Shown: positions 12,437 to 25,530 of the stretch, piece by piece
Layout: each line of letters begins with the position of its first letter
Position numbering within the stretch: the first letter of the stretch is position 1
Assembly (NCBI GenBank): GCA_903813345.2
Contig: CAIIXF020000001.1
Location: forward strand, 11,718,001 to 11,782,000
Origin: Owenia fusiformis
Lineage: Eukaryota
Reading direction: 5' to 3'
Length of the DNA: 64,000 nucleotides
Notes under the pieces: model-generated
What the model saw: the letters and a program-made list of their open reading frames with translations, nothing else
Databases searched by the model: none
What the model was told of the DNA's origin: nothing
Made by a program: the position numbers and the translations under genes

Positions 12437-15400
12437 TCTTGATCTCTATGACTAACAAACATTCCAAATTCAGTCAACTGAGATCTTATCTCAAAATCTG
12501 TATATAAAGGTTCATTAAAAAAAAATTCATTTAAAATTATTGATCAGCTTGAAAAATGTGTATACTAAGTCTTTTATTATCATAGCTTATGGTCGTTTTT
12601 GTGTGTCTGCAATATCAGACTCAAGTTAGACACATCTTGGTGAGACTGGTAACTAATTCACTTTTTAACTTTAACTCATTGTCTTTTAAATACAGAATCA
12701 TACTATTTTGTCTCCATAAAACCAATATTGCTGTTTAGTGGTTATTTTATACTCGTACCATATACTGTACTTGTACTCTGGGAGGTCCCAATCATGCTCA
12801 TTCTTGGTTTGTTTTTCAGATATTCCTCCGGGATATTTTAAATTAAATTAGACGAATCAAATGTTGATTTAGAGATATATTTTACTAATTTTAAGTTGTA
12901 TTAAAATGTTTTTAGTTCTTTGTAATAAAAATATTTCTACATTTATGCAAGTATATATCCAGATTACCAAAAAAAATTAAACAAATTAATTCAGAGATAC
13001 AGTATCCATTAAATTTAATTTAAGTTTGAAATAAAATGGTTCAACTCTCCCAGATTTATATTTATCATGAGACAGACTTTAAATTATCAAAATAAACAGG
13101 TGCCGATTTTATGCTTCTAGATCCTAGTCGGTTCCAAATAAAACATTGTTGATTATCATTAGAAAAAAGAAGGCATTAAAGTAACGGAACATTGAGCTGT
13201 TTTATCTCAATTTATTACACAAATGTATTGACAAATTGAGTAAACAATCACTCAGCAAATCTTGATAATAAGGAAAATTTAGGAGCCTGTATACATACTG
13301 TAACTGAGCATAAACTTTCTCTAGCAAAAAATTTGATTTGTAACATCTATTCCATGTAAACAACAAACAATTCATTTCTATTTTGAGGTTGGCGACTGCT
13401 TCGTGACATTTTCCAGTGTTCAAACTTCAAATGCATTCTTGTACACACTTGACCTAGCCCTACTTATGAGAACTAGAGCCTTTAAATAAAAGTTCACAAG
13501 TACACAGTATCAATGACTATCAGTGCCAATGTATGCAAACATTTCAAGTCTACCTGAAAGATTTGACCTTGACCCGACCTTCGCTGATGACCTTTAGCAT
13601 TTAGAGTAACGCAGATTCTAATATACCTTATTCTCCTCCAAGTGATGCACTACTTGATATAAAACTTCTCAATTCATTTTACTGATTCAGCTATGATTTT
13701 TAGATGATTTAAGTTATTGATTTTAGCCTCTTTGAAATAATTTCATAGAGTGGTCTTTGGTTTGAAGGTCAACTCTAAGCGAAATGATAAACTACAGAAT
13801 GTTGGACAGGAGCCTTAATATAATGTCATCATGTGGAGATTTATAAAGTGCAGACAGTTTTATACCTGATACTCTAAAGGTTATCATTTCCCATGAAGCT
13901 TAAGAACCACCTGGGAAAATCTACTTGTGTTTGGTAAAAAGCATAGCTTAATCAGATAAATGTAACAGTATGGGGTCCATAGAGCAAACCCGCACCTGTA
14001 TCCCTCCTTTTATCTAAAAGATTTCTTCAATATATTGTAAGATGGGTACTTGACTAACCTGCCAGGGGAACTGCTTTTCTTGAAGAAAATTACACTTTTC
14101 TTTGTAGAGCAGTCCCAACTTTTTCAAGGTTTTCATAAAGTTTTCTCAGTCAAAAGAATGTCTAGAATTTATATCCTTGACTTACTGAAATGAAATGAGT
14201 TTTTGGTTCCATTTTTTCTTAATGCAATAGTTACGTGTTGAACAAGCAAACAATGTCAAAAGTCAAAACAATAATATTTGTTATAAATGCCAACTATATA
14301 CCCACTGCTGATTGCAAATGCAAAGATAAAAACTGTTTTTACACCTACATTTTGATATGAAAAAGAAGTCCAGATTATCTAAGCTAAAAACATTGTTTGT
14401 TGAACATTTCAGAACAACTCAAAATGGACCTGTTAAGTTTCTTGAAAAGAGTACCACATAGACGTGGATTTATTTTTTTAACAAAATGTCACTTTAACCA
14501 CATATCAAGCTCCCATTGTGAAAGATATTTCATCATCAAGATTCTCCTGGTAATAGATCTAGCGGAGATTAACAATAACTCAACATGAACTGTGAGTGAG
14601 TCTTTCCCTAACATCCTACCTAAATAAAAATCCTAAAGTCTATCTGTAACATGTGTTAAACATTTGTACAACATCTAAAATTCCATACTTTCATTGAAAA
14701 TGTTTTGTCTGCTGGAACCAGAAGATCATAAGTCAGACACACTTCATATCTTGATTTGTGATAAACTTTCCTTCAAATACAATTGAACCATTTAATGCTT
14801 GGAGCACTGGGGATATTAGTAAAACTGCATCAAAGGGTTTGGTAATCATATTTTTTTCAATGAACCATCCATGTTTTAAGTAAGTTACATGTGGCCATCA
14901 TATGCATTTTTCTGCCTATTGTCCATTCATAAATTCTACAACATCAAAGTTGCACAAATGTAGAAATAATTCAAAACAATGTTATTGCCTCCTAAATTAT
15001 AAAACACATTCTGGTTTCTCATAAAAACAATTCTAATAGACACGGCACTACATGTTTTTTGTCTGACATTTATATTTCAGCAGGAATTTATATTGTGGTG
15101 GTTGTCTAAGAATATAAGAAGAATCATTAAAAATGTTTTAAGTAAAACTTCACAAAAAAGCAAAAATATACTACATCACTCACATCACTCCTGATATTTT
15201 TTTCATTCTATGAACCTTAATGAATATCAGTTTTTCAAAGAGGGACCCAAATTTGCAGGAAGTGATTTTTCAAAAATATTTTTCTACCTTCTCCCTCTTT
15301 TTAATTTCTAGCCCCCAACCCAAACTCCCACCCCCTTCACTAGGTCTCACAAAAGTCAGGATGTGCAACATTTGAAAACACATTAAATTAAATTTTAACC

Positions 15401-17179
15401 AAATCTACAAACTAAAATAATACTTATTAAAGTGAATGAAATAGAATAAAGTATATCTAAGAATTTTTTTTGTAAAATAAGAATAAAATAAAATATGAAA
15501 AGTATATCCCAAAACATCATGTGTAACATTGACTAGAAAGTAGAAGAAAAACATTTTACTTATTCAATTCTTTGAAAATATTTTTAAAATAAAACAAAGA
15601 ACTTACCTGTAATCTAGGAAATAAATAATTACAAAATATTTGCACAATTTTTCCTTCGGAAGTTCCTTGTTTGGAAATACCAACTTTCCAAAATTGTCTA
15701 ATTCATCATGTGTAAAAAGTTTTTATAGCCAGATATCTTGATAACTATCTTATCTTTTTGAGCTCAAATACTACCTATGTTTATCAAATGATAAAGAAAA
15801 GTAGCATAACTTAATGTAAAAGGTCTAAAATATGTGATAACCTATGTTATACACAGTTCCAATTACATAATGTTAAAGCTCTGAATCTTGGCTGCATTTA
15901 AACTTTTGTTCTTAAAGTGTTAAAACACTGCAATGTCACTCAACTCCAGAGACATAAAACACTCAAGGCAAACATGAAAACTTCTACGACTGCAGACTAA
16001 ATCCCTTGTGCCGATTCCTATATAGATGTAGAATATTTGGTTCCCAGAGATCAAATGGCAAATATCACAGATTTCTAGAGGGAAAATGTAAGTTTTTTCC
16101 TCAGTTAAATGGAAGCAAGAACTGATTTTTTTCTCAAACAAAGTATTGGGTGTCATTGTGGTTGAAAAAGTAAAGAAAATAATCAAATTCCAAAAATAAA
16201 TTGCTCTGTCCATTACATGGTATTCATGTCTGTCTACATTGAAGTACTGCGGGTTATGGTCACCATTGGACCTATAAATATTACACTGGACTAACAAATC
16301 ACCTAATCATATTTTGAATTTAAATAAATGGATATCTATGAACTAATCATCTAGATGATACCATCTGGTGAATAAAAAGCAAAAGGCAGGGATATATTAC
16401 AGCACAGCTGTAGTTGTATCTTATGAAATATGTAATTCCAAAAAGGTTTTTTTCAATTCATTATAGGCAATTTCCAAAATTCCTCATTTCTTTGTTTTAA
16501 GGGAAATTTTCTTTAAAGGAATCTAAAAGACAATGTCATTATGAAATATACTCGTACCTAAATTTGAGTTACAGATTCATGAATCTGGAATATGCCATAA
16601 TATACCATTTACCAATAAAAAGGCACATACGGGAGATAACTAAACCAATTTAACATATGAGTGGCCATTTTAAATTTCTAAAGCCAAAGCTCAGAAGAGA
16701 TACATTATTTGCGATCTACTCTAAAAGTATAATATAGCCAAACTTTGAAGTTTCCATTGGGGTAGTGAATTTTTATAAATTGGCCATTTTGACAAGAAAA
16801 ATGGCCAAATCAATCTACTACTGTATAGTATTGGGTAATTTCTTAGACAAACAGATGGACAGACTGAGGCCTTACTATATCCCAACTAAACCTTTTTGGT
16901 TTGTTGAGATAAACCATCAATTGCAATAAAGAAAAATAAGTGCATTGCATCTCAACAAAAAGAATTTGATTTATTTTTGGCTTGAACTCTTGTGGATTGC
17001 TCTATGTAAGTATATATGAGGTTTTGTTATCAGTATTTTTTCTATTTGAGATGATTCTGGATGTTTTGATATGAACTTGTATAATGTAATTTGCCTTCAT
17101 GTTTTTATGATTTACATAGCTTAGAGCTATATCTTGTTTTTCGGCTTTGTTGTTTGGTTGATGTGCTTTATTTGGAATT

Positions 17180-17722
17180 CTGTGTATTTGTGCTGTTAAC
17201 ATGTTACCTCTTGTGCCTTCTGCTGTATGGATGTATTTGTGTTTTAAATATGTTACCTCTTGTGCCTTCTGATATATTTGTGTTTTTAATATGTTACCTC
17301 TTGTGCCTTCTGTTGTATGGATGTATTTGTGTTTTAAATATGTTACCTCTTGTGCCTTCTGATGTATTTGTGTTTTTAACATGTTACCTCTTGTGGCGTA
17401 TGGATGTATTCGTGTTTTTAATATGTTACCTCTTGTTCCTTCTGTGTCTTTGACATGTTACCTCTTGTGCCTTCTGATGTATTTGTGTTTTTAATATGTT
17501 ACCTCTTGTGCCTTCTGTTGTATGGATGTATTTGTGTTTTAAATATGTTACCTCTTGTGCCTTCTGATGTATTTGTGTTTTTAACATGTTACCTCTTGTG
17601 GCGTATGGATGTATTCGTGTTTTTAATATGTTACCTCTTGTTCCTTCTTTGACATGTTACCTCTTGTGCCTTCTGATGTATTTGTGTTTTTAATATGTTA
17701 CCTCTTGTGCCTTCTAATGTAT
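17180..17722. repeat. Compound minisatellite (~30-44 bp units, core ATGTTACCTCTTGTGCCTTCTG...GTATTTGTGTTTT)
   Basis: Direct tandem copies; they explain the repetitive ORFs at 17002-17652. Confidence 0.9.
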
Positions 17723-17783
17723 GGATTGTTGATTTTGATCATGTTGATTTTTCAGTTGTGATATGTTTTGTAAACTTGTGAGA

Positions 17784-20700
17784 CTAATACTGAGATAAAA
17801 ATAAGGATTTACCTAGACTGAAATAAATGGTATCAGCATTGGATTCTGGTCCTGGTGTGATTGCACTGACAGCACCCTCTGTGTATGCGCTGGTATAATC
17901 TAGTCCATCTGGGGGGGCTGACTTGTTTGGATGGACGTGATCCAGTTCATCTAGCCATTTGCTAGTAACGACATGATCTAGTTCATCTAGGGGGTCCATT
18001 GTGTTTGCATCAACATTATCCAGTTCATCAATGCGTGTGTTTGTATCTACATCATCAAGGTCATCTATTGGGTTCCCAATGTTTGTATGGAGAAGATCTA
18101 CTTTATCTATGGACTCCAACATCTTTGTATTGACATGATCTAGTTCATCTATTGAGCCAAGAATATTTGTATCCACAAAATCTAGCTTATCGATGGCATC
18201 CAGTGTGTTTGTATCGACATTATTTGGTTCATGTATGGGGTTAAGTGACTTTATATCAACATGATTTAGGTGGGTCAGTGTGTTTGTACCAACATAATTT
18301 GCTTCATCTAAGGGTCCCGGATTGTTAACACTGACATGTTCTAGTTCATCTACACGTGTCAATGGTTTTGTATTGACATTATCATGCTTATAAACAGGAT
18401 TTCTGTTGCTGTTGTGATTCCTATTTTGACTAGTTGCATCTTGCAGATTTCTAAGCTCTGAAAGAATGAACCTACATGTAATATGTAAATTTCATTTTGG
18501 TGGGAAAGGTTAATAGAATATAGTTGTTTCTCATACTAAATCACTACAGGTAAATATGGCCATATTTATTCACGACTCATTCATTGCTTACCATGGCATA
18601 TAAAACCAGATGTGTATGCTTCAAAGCCTTTAAGATCCCTGTAACTGGGAACAAGTACTGTCTTCTCATCTTCATCTAGCCAATCATGAAGAGTATCATC
18701 AGAGATTGGAGTCTTAATAGCTACCGTTAGGATATGGTGTGGCAAGTTAACAACATTCTTCAGTCGTGAGAGTACTGATATTTTCTCTTTTGTTATCGGT
18801 GTTATCAAAACGATCAATCCCCCTAAAAAGCCAAAATCAGAATTAATCTATTCTATCTTTAGATGATTATTTGCAAGAGCTCTAAAAGAATAAACATAGA
18901 ATTTATTTTGAGGCAAAATAGATTTTCATTCTGGATAGGTTCCTGGTCGGGTAATGGTAAAATACATTGTTCTTACACAAGTGATAATCCCCATGCAGTC
19001 AAGCAAGTTTTAACCCATGATTTAAACCACATGGCATGGTGAGCCTCGGTTGATAAGGGAAGGTGATGGAAAGATGATCTTTTTTACCCATCATGATATT
19101 AGCTGACATTAAAAACATCTTCCAAATGGAATGTACGCCTACACATCCCACCATACCTTTTTGCTACTATTAAAAGATATATGGAGTTGGAGAATTATTA
19201 AAGAACCAATTAGATGTTGTTTTAGAATCGTGTTTTGTAAATTGCAACTTCTTTTTTCCAACTACTAAAAAAATCTTAAAATTTAGAATGTTTGCAGAAA
19301 GATATACACTTCTACAACTTTTACTTGACACCCAAGCCCCTATTCTCTATGGGGTCATATGAGTTTGATAACATTTTGCACTTTCTAAAGGATAAAAAAT
19401 TAGTTTGGGTGTTTTCACTTTTCTTTTTTATCAAATGGTGCCTGCCTTATGTCGAAACTGTAAAATAGTATTTAAAACAATTTAGAGCAAGTTTTGATGA
19501 TTTTCTGACATTAATTCTGGCATTGTAATATGAAATACCTCAACTGAGATGTGGTACCTAATTACCTTGCCTCAAAACAAAGGTCTAAAACCCAGACATA
19601 TAAAATTACCTTGTCTGATTGGACCAACATCCTGGAGTTTCCTTAAAGCATCACCAAGGCGACCACCCTCATGACCTCTATATGAGATAGAGAAGATCTT
19701 TTCCATGATTCTCTCCATTGAAACCTCTGTGTTTTCCTGTCAAAAATGAAAAGTTCAGAATAGATGGTTAAATTGTATTATGGTGCATATACACCTCTTA
19801 ATATAAGATTCTTTATGTGATGGTTTAGTCAGATCAGGGATTCAATAACGAAAATGTTTTTTACTTTTTGAGTCTATATAAATTGAGATAATTCTCAAAC
19901 TTTAAACTTGCTTCAACACTGGGGAACTCAATGCATTTTAGAGCCCTATTTGCACGCTTACCTGTAAATGTACTTTCACATCTGCTGCAAAACTCATAAC
20001 AGATATTGCATATCTTATACGAAATCGTTCATCCAAATGAAGGGCCTCGTCATGCTGGTAATCCTTCACAACATTTTGATCCTCCTTTGAATCATATTTC
20101 CAAGACTCATCATTGGGTACATTCAACGGAGCATCAATTCCATTTGAAAGTACACCATGTTCCGATGTTTCTAGGATATTGTATTGCTCATTCCAATTTT
20201 CATATTGATCTTTTGTTAAAAGAATGTTTTGCGATATATTCCTGTGTTGATTGTGCCTGTGTTTGTTGTTTGGGTTGTTTCCATCTTGATGCACAGTCTT
20301 TCTATTTTGGTTCTGCTTATTTTGACGTGGAGAATGGTCATGTTTAATGTCTCCATGTTGCTTGTGTTCATTGTCTCTCTGCTGATTGTGCCCATGTTGG
20401 TTGTTTCCATGCCCATGCTTGTTGTGTTCATGGTGATTCTGCACATCTTGATTGTGCCGAAATTCATTGGGTCCATGGTGGTTGTGCCCATGCTGGTTTT
20501 GCACATGTTGGTTGTTCCCATTGTGGTTGTGCTCATGATGATTGTGCCCATTTTCTTGGCTGGGCTCATTGTATCCATGGAGACTGTGTTGACTAGGGAA
20601 ATCTGTGCCACGAATATTTTGCACCAGAGATAGAGTAAAAGCAAGAAGCTCCGAGAAATAATAAGGGTCAACATCTGAGGAGGCATCAATGAGGAATATA

Positions 20701-21390
20701 ATGTTTCCAGGACAACCACCATCTGGAAATAAATTAAATTCTATAATTAAAAAAATATGATATCATGGCAATCAGACCAGGAGGAATAGCTAATGCCTTA
20801 ATTGTCTTAATTTAAAAATGTATTTGGTGTTAGCATATCATTTTTATATAGCCATTTAAAGCATATAGAAAGTGTTTTGCCTTATACACATTTAGTCTAT
20901 TTGGAATACAAGTCAAAAAATAGAGATTTGTTGAGGAGAAAAAATGATTTAATTTCAAGAATTATGACTCTTATTCTTAAAGAAAAGAAATAAAAATGAT
21001 TCTAGTTACCAATAATTCTTTTCTCAACAGTAAGTTTGCCACATGCACTTTATAATATCCACTTATTGATTACAGGTGATTTAATAATTAATGATTGTTT
21101 TTTGTTACAAATGATTATTTTTGTCATATATTAATAATGAACAAATATAAAACTATAAAACAGACTCTAATGTTTATGTTTTAACCTTGGCATTTCAGCA
21201 TATTTAATCATTTAACTTAATTAATACAACTCTAATAGCCATAAGCTAAACTATACTATATTCTACATGTATGTCACATTTCAAACGGAAACCTACCTTG
21301 ATTAGATTCAGAAACTCCCAGTTGTCCTTGGTAGAAACACAAAGCCAAAAATGTGGTCAATGTCCACTTATTACACTGTATGACAAACAT
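17784..21390 (-). CDS. Secreted VWA-domain protein with His/Asn/Gln-rich insertion and acidic 14-aa repeats (~628 aa). Exons 21390-21297, 20722-19962, 19736-19610, 18822-18592, 18457-17784
   Basis: All junctions are GT-AG and phase-compatible (1,0,1,1). Signal-peptide-like MFVIQCNKWTLTTFLALCFYQGQLGVSES. VWA motifs CPGNIIFLIDASSDV, YAISVMSFAADV, GGRLGDAL, LIVLIT, ILTVAI, GFIC. The 3' end is uncertain (possible donor AG|GTAAAT at 17812) and the 5' end may extend to 25105. Confidence 0.8.
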
Positions 21391-23947
21391 TTGGATAATT
21401 CTCAACTAGAACCATTTATAAGCATTTTCTGAGACATAAAACTGGACCCATAAAACTGTGTTTCTTTCAAAAGTATTTTAAGGAAATGTGTGTTCTGGTC
21501 CATTAACTTCAGAATTAGTTTTTAGTTCAATTAGCTTGGTGTCTTTTTGACCTTAGAAGTACCTGATAAGTGAATATTTCAATATAATTGTAGTTTGTCA
21601 GAGTTCTAACATATTCCAGATTCTTCAAATTGATTTGGACAAGGAAATGTGATAGGCCACTTACTAATTAGAAGATCTATCATCTAGGTCAAAATTCATT
21701 AACAGCAAAGGCCAAAGAAAAGGGCTTTTTTGTCTCCTTTTTGTTGTTTGCAGTAGAATAAGATAAAATATTATTAGGATTTGAAGAAATAATATGTACA
21801 TTATGTAACAAGAACATCCCGAGAGTCAAAAAATAAACATTGCAACTGGATAGATTTGGAAAAAACCATCTATGTTCATGTAAATACCCAATGAAATGTT
21901 AGAATGAGAGATATTTCATTCAAAAACAGTCTAGAGTGGGATGGTATGATTAAAATTCCTACAATAATTTTTGAGGAAAAGTATAGATCAACCAATCTAA
22001 ATTTTGAAGGCTGTTTATCTTTAGTTGTTTTAGATTGATGTTTTTTGCTTGTTTATGTTTTCAGATTTAGTAACATACATACATGGTACTGTTGGTGGCC
22101 TAAAAGTAGTTTTAAACTGTAGAATTTTTTGTAAAAGGTTAAAATAACAGTAAATATTTTCTTTTATGAAGATCACGACCAGGCCTTGCTGATAACTCCC
22201 CATGTGAACCTCATCACTCAACAAATAAAATGTTTTTTGGACAGGTCATTATTTCTAATTAAAACCGCTTAATCTGTCATCAGTTCTAGGTAATAAATTG
22301 CTGTTGAAAATGTAAGTAGATAAAATGCCTTAAGGTTGACTCCTGTATTAAATTGGGTTTCAAGGCTTTAAAATAGGCATACATGTAGGTAAGCCAATGG
22401 CAGATCCAGAGAGGCTCATGGGGCCCAAGCCCCCCTCCCCTGGGGTGGGTCCAGAAAACTTTTGAACCCCAAAAATTTGTAAGGCCTCAATTAGGCCTTT
22501 TTGGCCTTATCTTTTAATTTTAGGCCAAATTGTCAAAAAAGGGCCTCAAATTTTTCTAATTATTAATCTTCAGCCTTGAACTTTGAATGCATTTTTAGAA
22601 TACATAATTATTAGGGCACTGTGGTATATTACATAGTACCATTCTATGCAATAAATTGGTGGTGATCAAATATTTTAACTTTTTGCATATTTTTACAGTC
22701 TGTCATTTTGTGTTAACATTCATTCAAAACTATACTCAAGCCTATATAGATATACTACATGTAATTTAACATTACATAATCCCAGTAAAAGCTTTAGCTT
22801 ATATCTAATTGAAAGCCCATGCTTATATTAATCAATTAAAATAACACAAAAAGTAGTCTCGTTTCTGCTTACCAAGATCATGGAAAAATTTCTAAAATTA
22901 AAATCGATTTGGCTGGCTGCCTAAATATCCCAGTTTATATGATTGGTATATTATTGATACAAAAACAATTGCAGTTTGATTTGGTTAATATGCTTCATCT
23001 GCAAGCTACATTTGGAATCATCTTATGAAAAACAGTTAGTGAAATAAGAGTTTTTAATGCCCCTAGGTTCAAAAAAATACCTTTTCATTTTTTAACTTCA
23101 GAATATCTCATTAACAATATGCTGATTTGATTCTCAATGACACATGAAAATTTGGGTATCTAAAATTTGCCCCTCTCCCATACATTTAAAATAAGGGGAT
23201 AAATATATTATAGTGTACGAGATGCACTTGAAATGAACTGCCATTTACCTAGCATTTTTTAGAATACATTCAATACATACATTTAATCATATCATCTTTG
23301 TTTTGTCAACCATGAAGCATAAGCACAATATCCAAGTGAAAAATAAATTGAATGTCAAAACTAATTTTTTCCTGATAAGTTCCAGAAGTCTCAGTATGAA
23401 GAATTACTGAATTACTGAACATACGCAAAATCCAATTCTTGGTTCATAGATTTTACATGTCATAGTTCAGTGATTCTTCAATATTTTAGTCTTAGAGCAT
23501 CAACAACGGGTCATAAGGATGGTGCCCATTTATCAACTATTGTGGCATAAAGAAGTAAATTATGATTTTGTTAAATCATGGGCATTCAATCTATTGAAAG
23601 CTCATGGTTAAATGAAGAGTGTTGATTTTTTCAATATTCAAGTAAAAGACAAATCAACATTTTAAAGTTAAATATTAGAAGAGCGGAGGGAGGCAAACCA
23701 TGACTAAATTATCTTCATTTTTCCATGACTGTTGATAACTGGGCTCCATGCCTTACTGTCAGCTGCTTACTGTATCAACAAACTAATGCAGCAGACAACT
23801 CATTTATATTGGAATTTGTTTAGAAGATACATGGAACTCTGCCCCCTATATAATGTTATATATAATTTGTTTTTTAGATAAATTCCTAAGCGTTTATACT
23901 TCATGGTTGACAAAACAAAGCTGATATAGTTAAATATGTAAATTATA

Positions 23948-24667
23948 CATTGGCGTCAGAAGGGGGAGGGCATTGGGGGTGACCGCCCCTCCCCCTTTCC
24001 CTGACTTTTTTTAGATTTCGACCTAGCCTAGAATTGAAAGCTCTAGAGCTAATTAAAGTCAATGTGTAATAATGACAGAAATGATTCTATGTCAGTATAT
24101 ATAGGCTACATTTATCGCATCCTACGACCCCTTTAGATTGTGGTCATACGCGCGTATAATTGGTCAGTCAATGTTTTTACAAAGTTGGAGAAAATACTAC
24201 GCATTGCACACCTAAATGACCTACCTCGATACATTCCTTAGTATTTTAGAATTCTTTTTATGTTGTTAGATCGCCAATTGTATGGGTTTATCGGCAGAAC
24301 GAAGAGATTTTAGTTTTGACATCGGAAATATATCAGCAATTTTCAAAATGTCGGAAGGGGAATTCCCATGGGATTTCCCTTATGACTGGTGCATGCCGGG
24401 AACTGAATGGAGGAATTTGACGGTTGAAATAAGTTAAATATTATACGCAAATATTGCTATCAAAAACTAAGTTTTTTAGTCAAAGTCAAGTTAAGTTTTC
24501 TTGGGAATATTTTGCTGAGATTAGTTCAGAATGAACCAGAGAGGGTCACGCGGGGAGCACGCCCTCTGACCCCCCTAGATTGCATTTCGCGTGCGGTGCA
24601 CTTCACGCGTGACCCATCCATACCAAAAAGTCGCCACCTCCCTTGGCAAATCCTTCTGACACCCCTG
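23948..24667. mobile_element. MITE with 5-bp TSD (hAT5- or Transib-like, unclassified)
   Basis: TIRs CATTGGCGTCAGAAGG / CCTTCTGACACCCCTG; TSD TTATA at 23943-23947 and 24668-24672. Confidence 0.7.
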
Positions 24668-25099
24668 TTATAGAGCCTTAGTACAGGAAATAAGGACGTT
24701 TCAAAGAACATATTGAATCAAGTCCGTGATTATCTGGCTGGAATAGTAAGATTGAGGTATGAATTATTTTTTAAGATAAAGAGTGAAGATGAAACTATCT
24801 TTTGAGAAGCAAAGTCGAACGAATGCATAGGTGCATTCATTCACGCTCTGGGTCTCTGAGGATCGTGTTGGCCGTGTTGGATCGTGCAAGTCCATACGAC
24901 AATCCAACGCATTAGAGGCGGTGTTCACCGTCTAACGAATGCAAAGAGCAGACCCTTGGGGCAAAATCATTGAACAGTTGAATGAACATTCACTGATTCA
25001 ATAATTTCCATGGCATGAGACAGAGTAAAGAAATTTAGTACTGTTTAGTAAACACATACATGAAAGACCTGTTCAACAATATAGTTTATTTTCACTTAC

Positions 25100-25530
25100 A
25101 TTCATATTTCACTCCAGACGAGGAGAAGATCAACAAAACTAGGAAACTTATCCAAATTCACCTCTTTAAAATTCGTGCATCAAAATATCACGTGACAAGA
25201 AGGGACTGATCATTCTAAAGAAAAAAATGTATTTTATTGAAGAGTCCTTCCGAAATGATTCAAAATAAGATAGTGATCTGATTTTTTAATCAATAAACTC
25301 AAATCGTTACGCTAATACTGAATCTTTACGTACTGCAATGAGATAAGCGTTACACTAAAATTGATCAATCTTGAATCGGAAACGGAAGTCAATATTTTCA
25401 AAATGGCGACCTCCATGTTTTGAACGTGCGAAGCATATTTTTGTTTAAATCGTATTTCCTTGCTTCTTTAAGAATTGTATTGGGGAATCTACACATTGTT
25501 TTACTTTACGAACTTATAATTGTCATTACA
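25100..25530. promoter_or_regulatory. Probable bidirectional promoter of DDX54 and the minus-strand VWA gene
   Basis: TCACGTGAC E-box at 25188-25196, ETS-like CGGAAGT at 25383-25389, YY1-like AAAATGGCG at 25400-25408; minus-strand ATGAAT|GTAAGT at 25105-25094. Confidence 0.5.

Noticed and set aside
6925-15600. Scattered minus-strand donor/acceptor-like motifs (e.g. ~10657, ~10790, ~13553) as further exons
   Set aside because: No coherent reading frame or recognisable protein could be assembled; such motifs are expected by chance in AT-rich DNA.
17002-17652. Hydrophobic or repetitive ORFs on both strands
   Set aside because: Translations of a minisatellite, with no splice or domain support.
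20006-20722. Alternative-frame and antisense ORFs (Met/Thr-rich, Val/Leu/Met-rich 'membrane' protein); also a ZIP/ZnT transporter interpretation of the His-rich tract
   Set aside because: These are shadows of the His-rich exon. The spliced frame has VWA motifs and no transmembrane helices.
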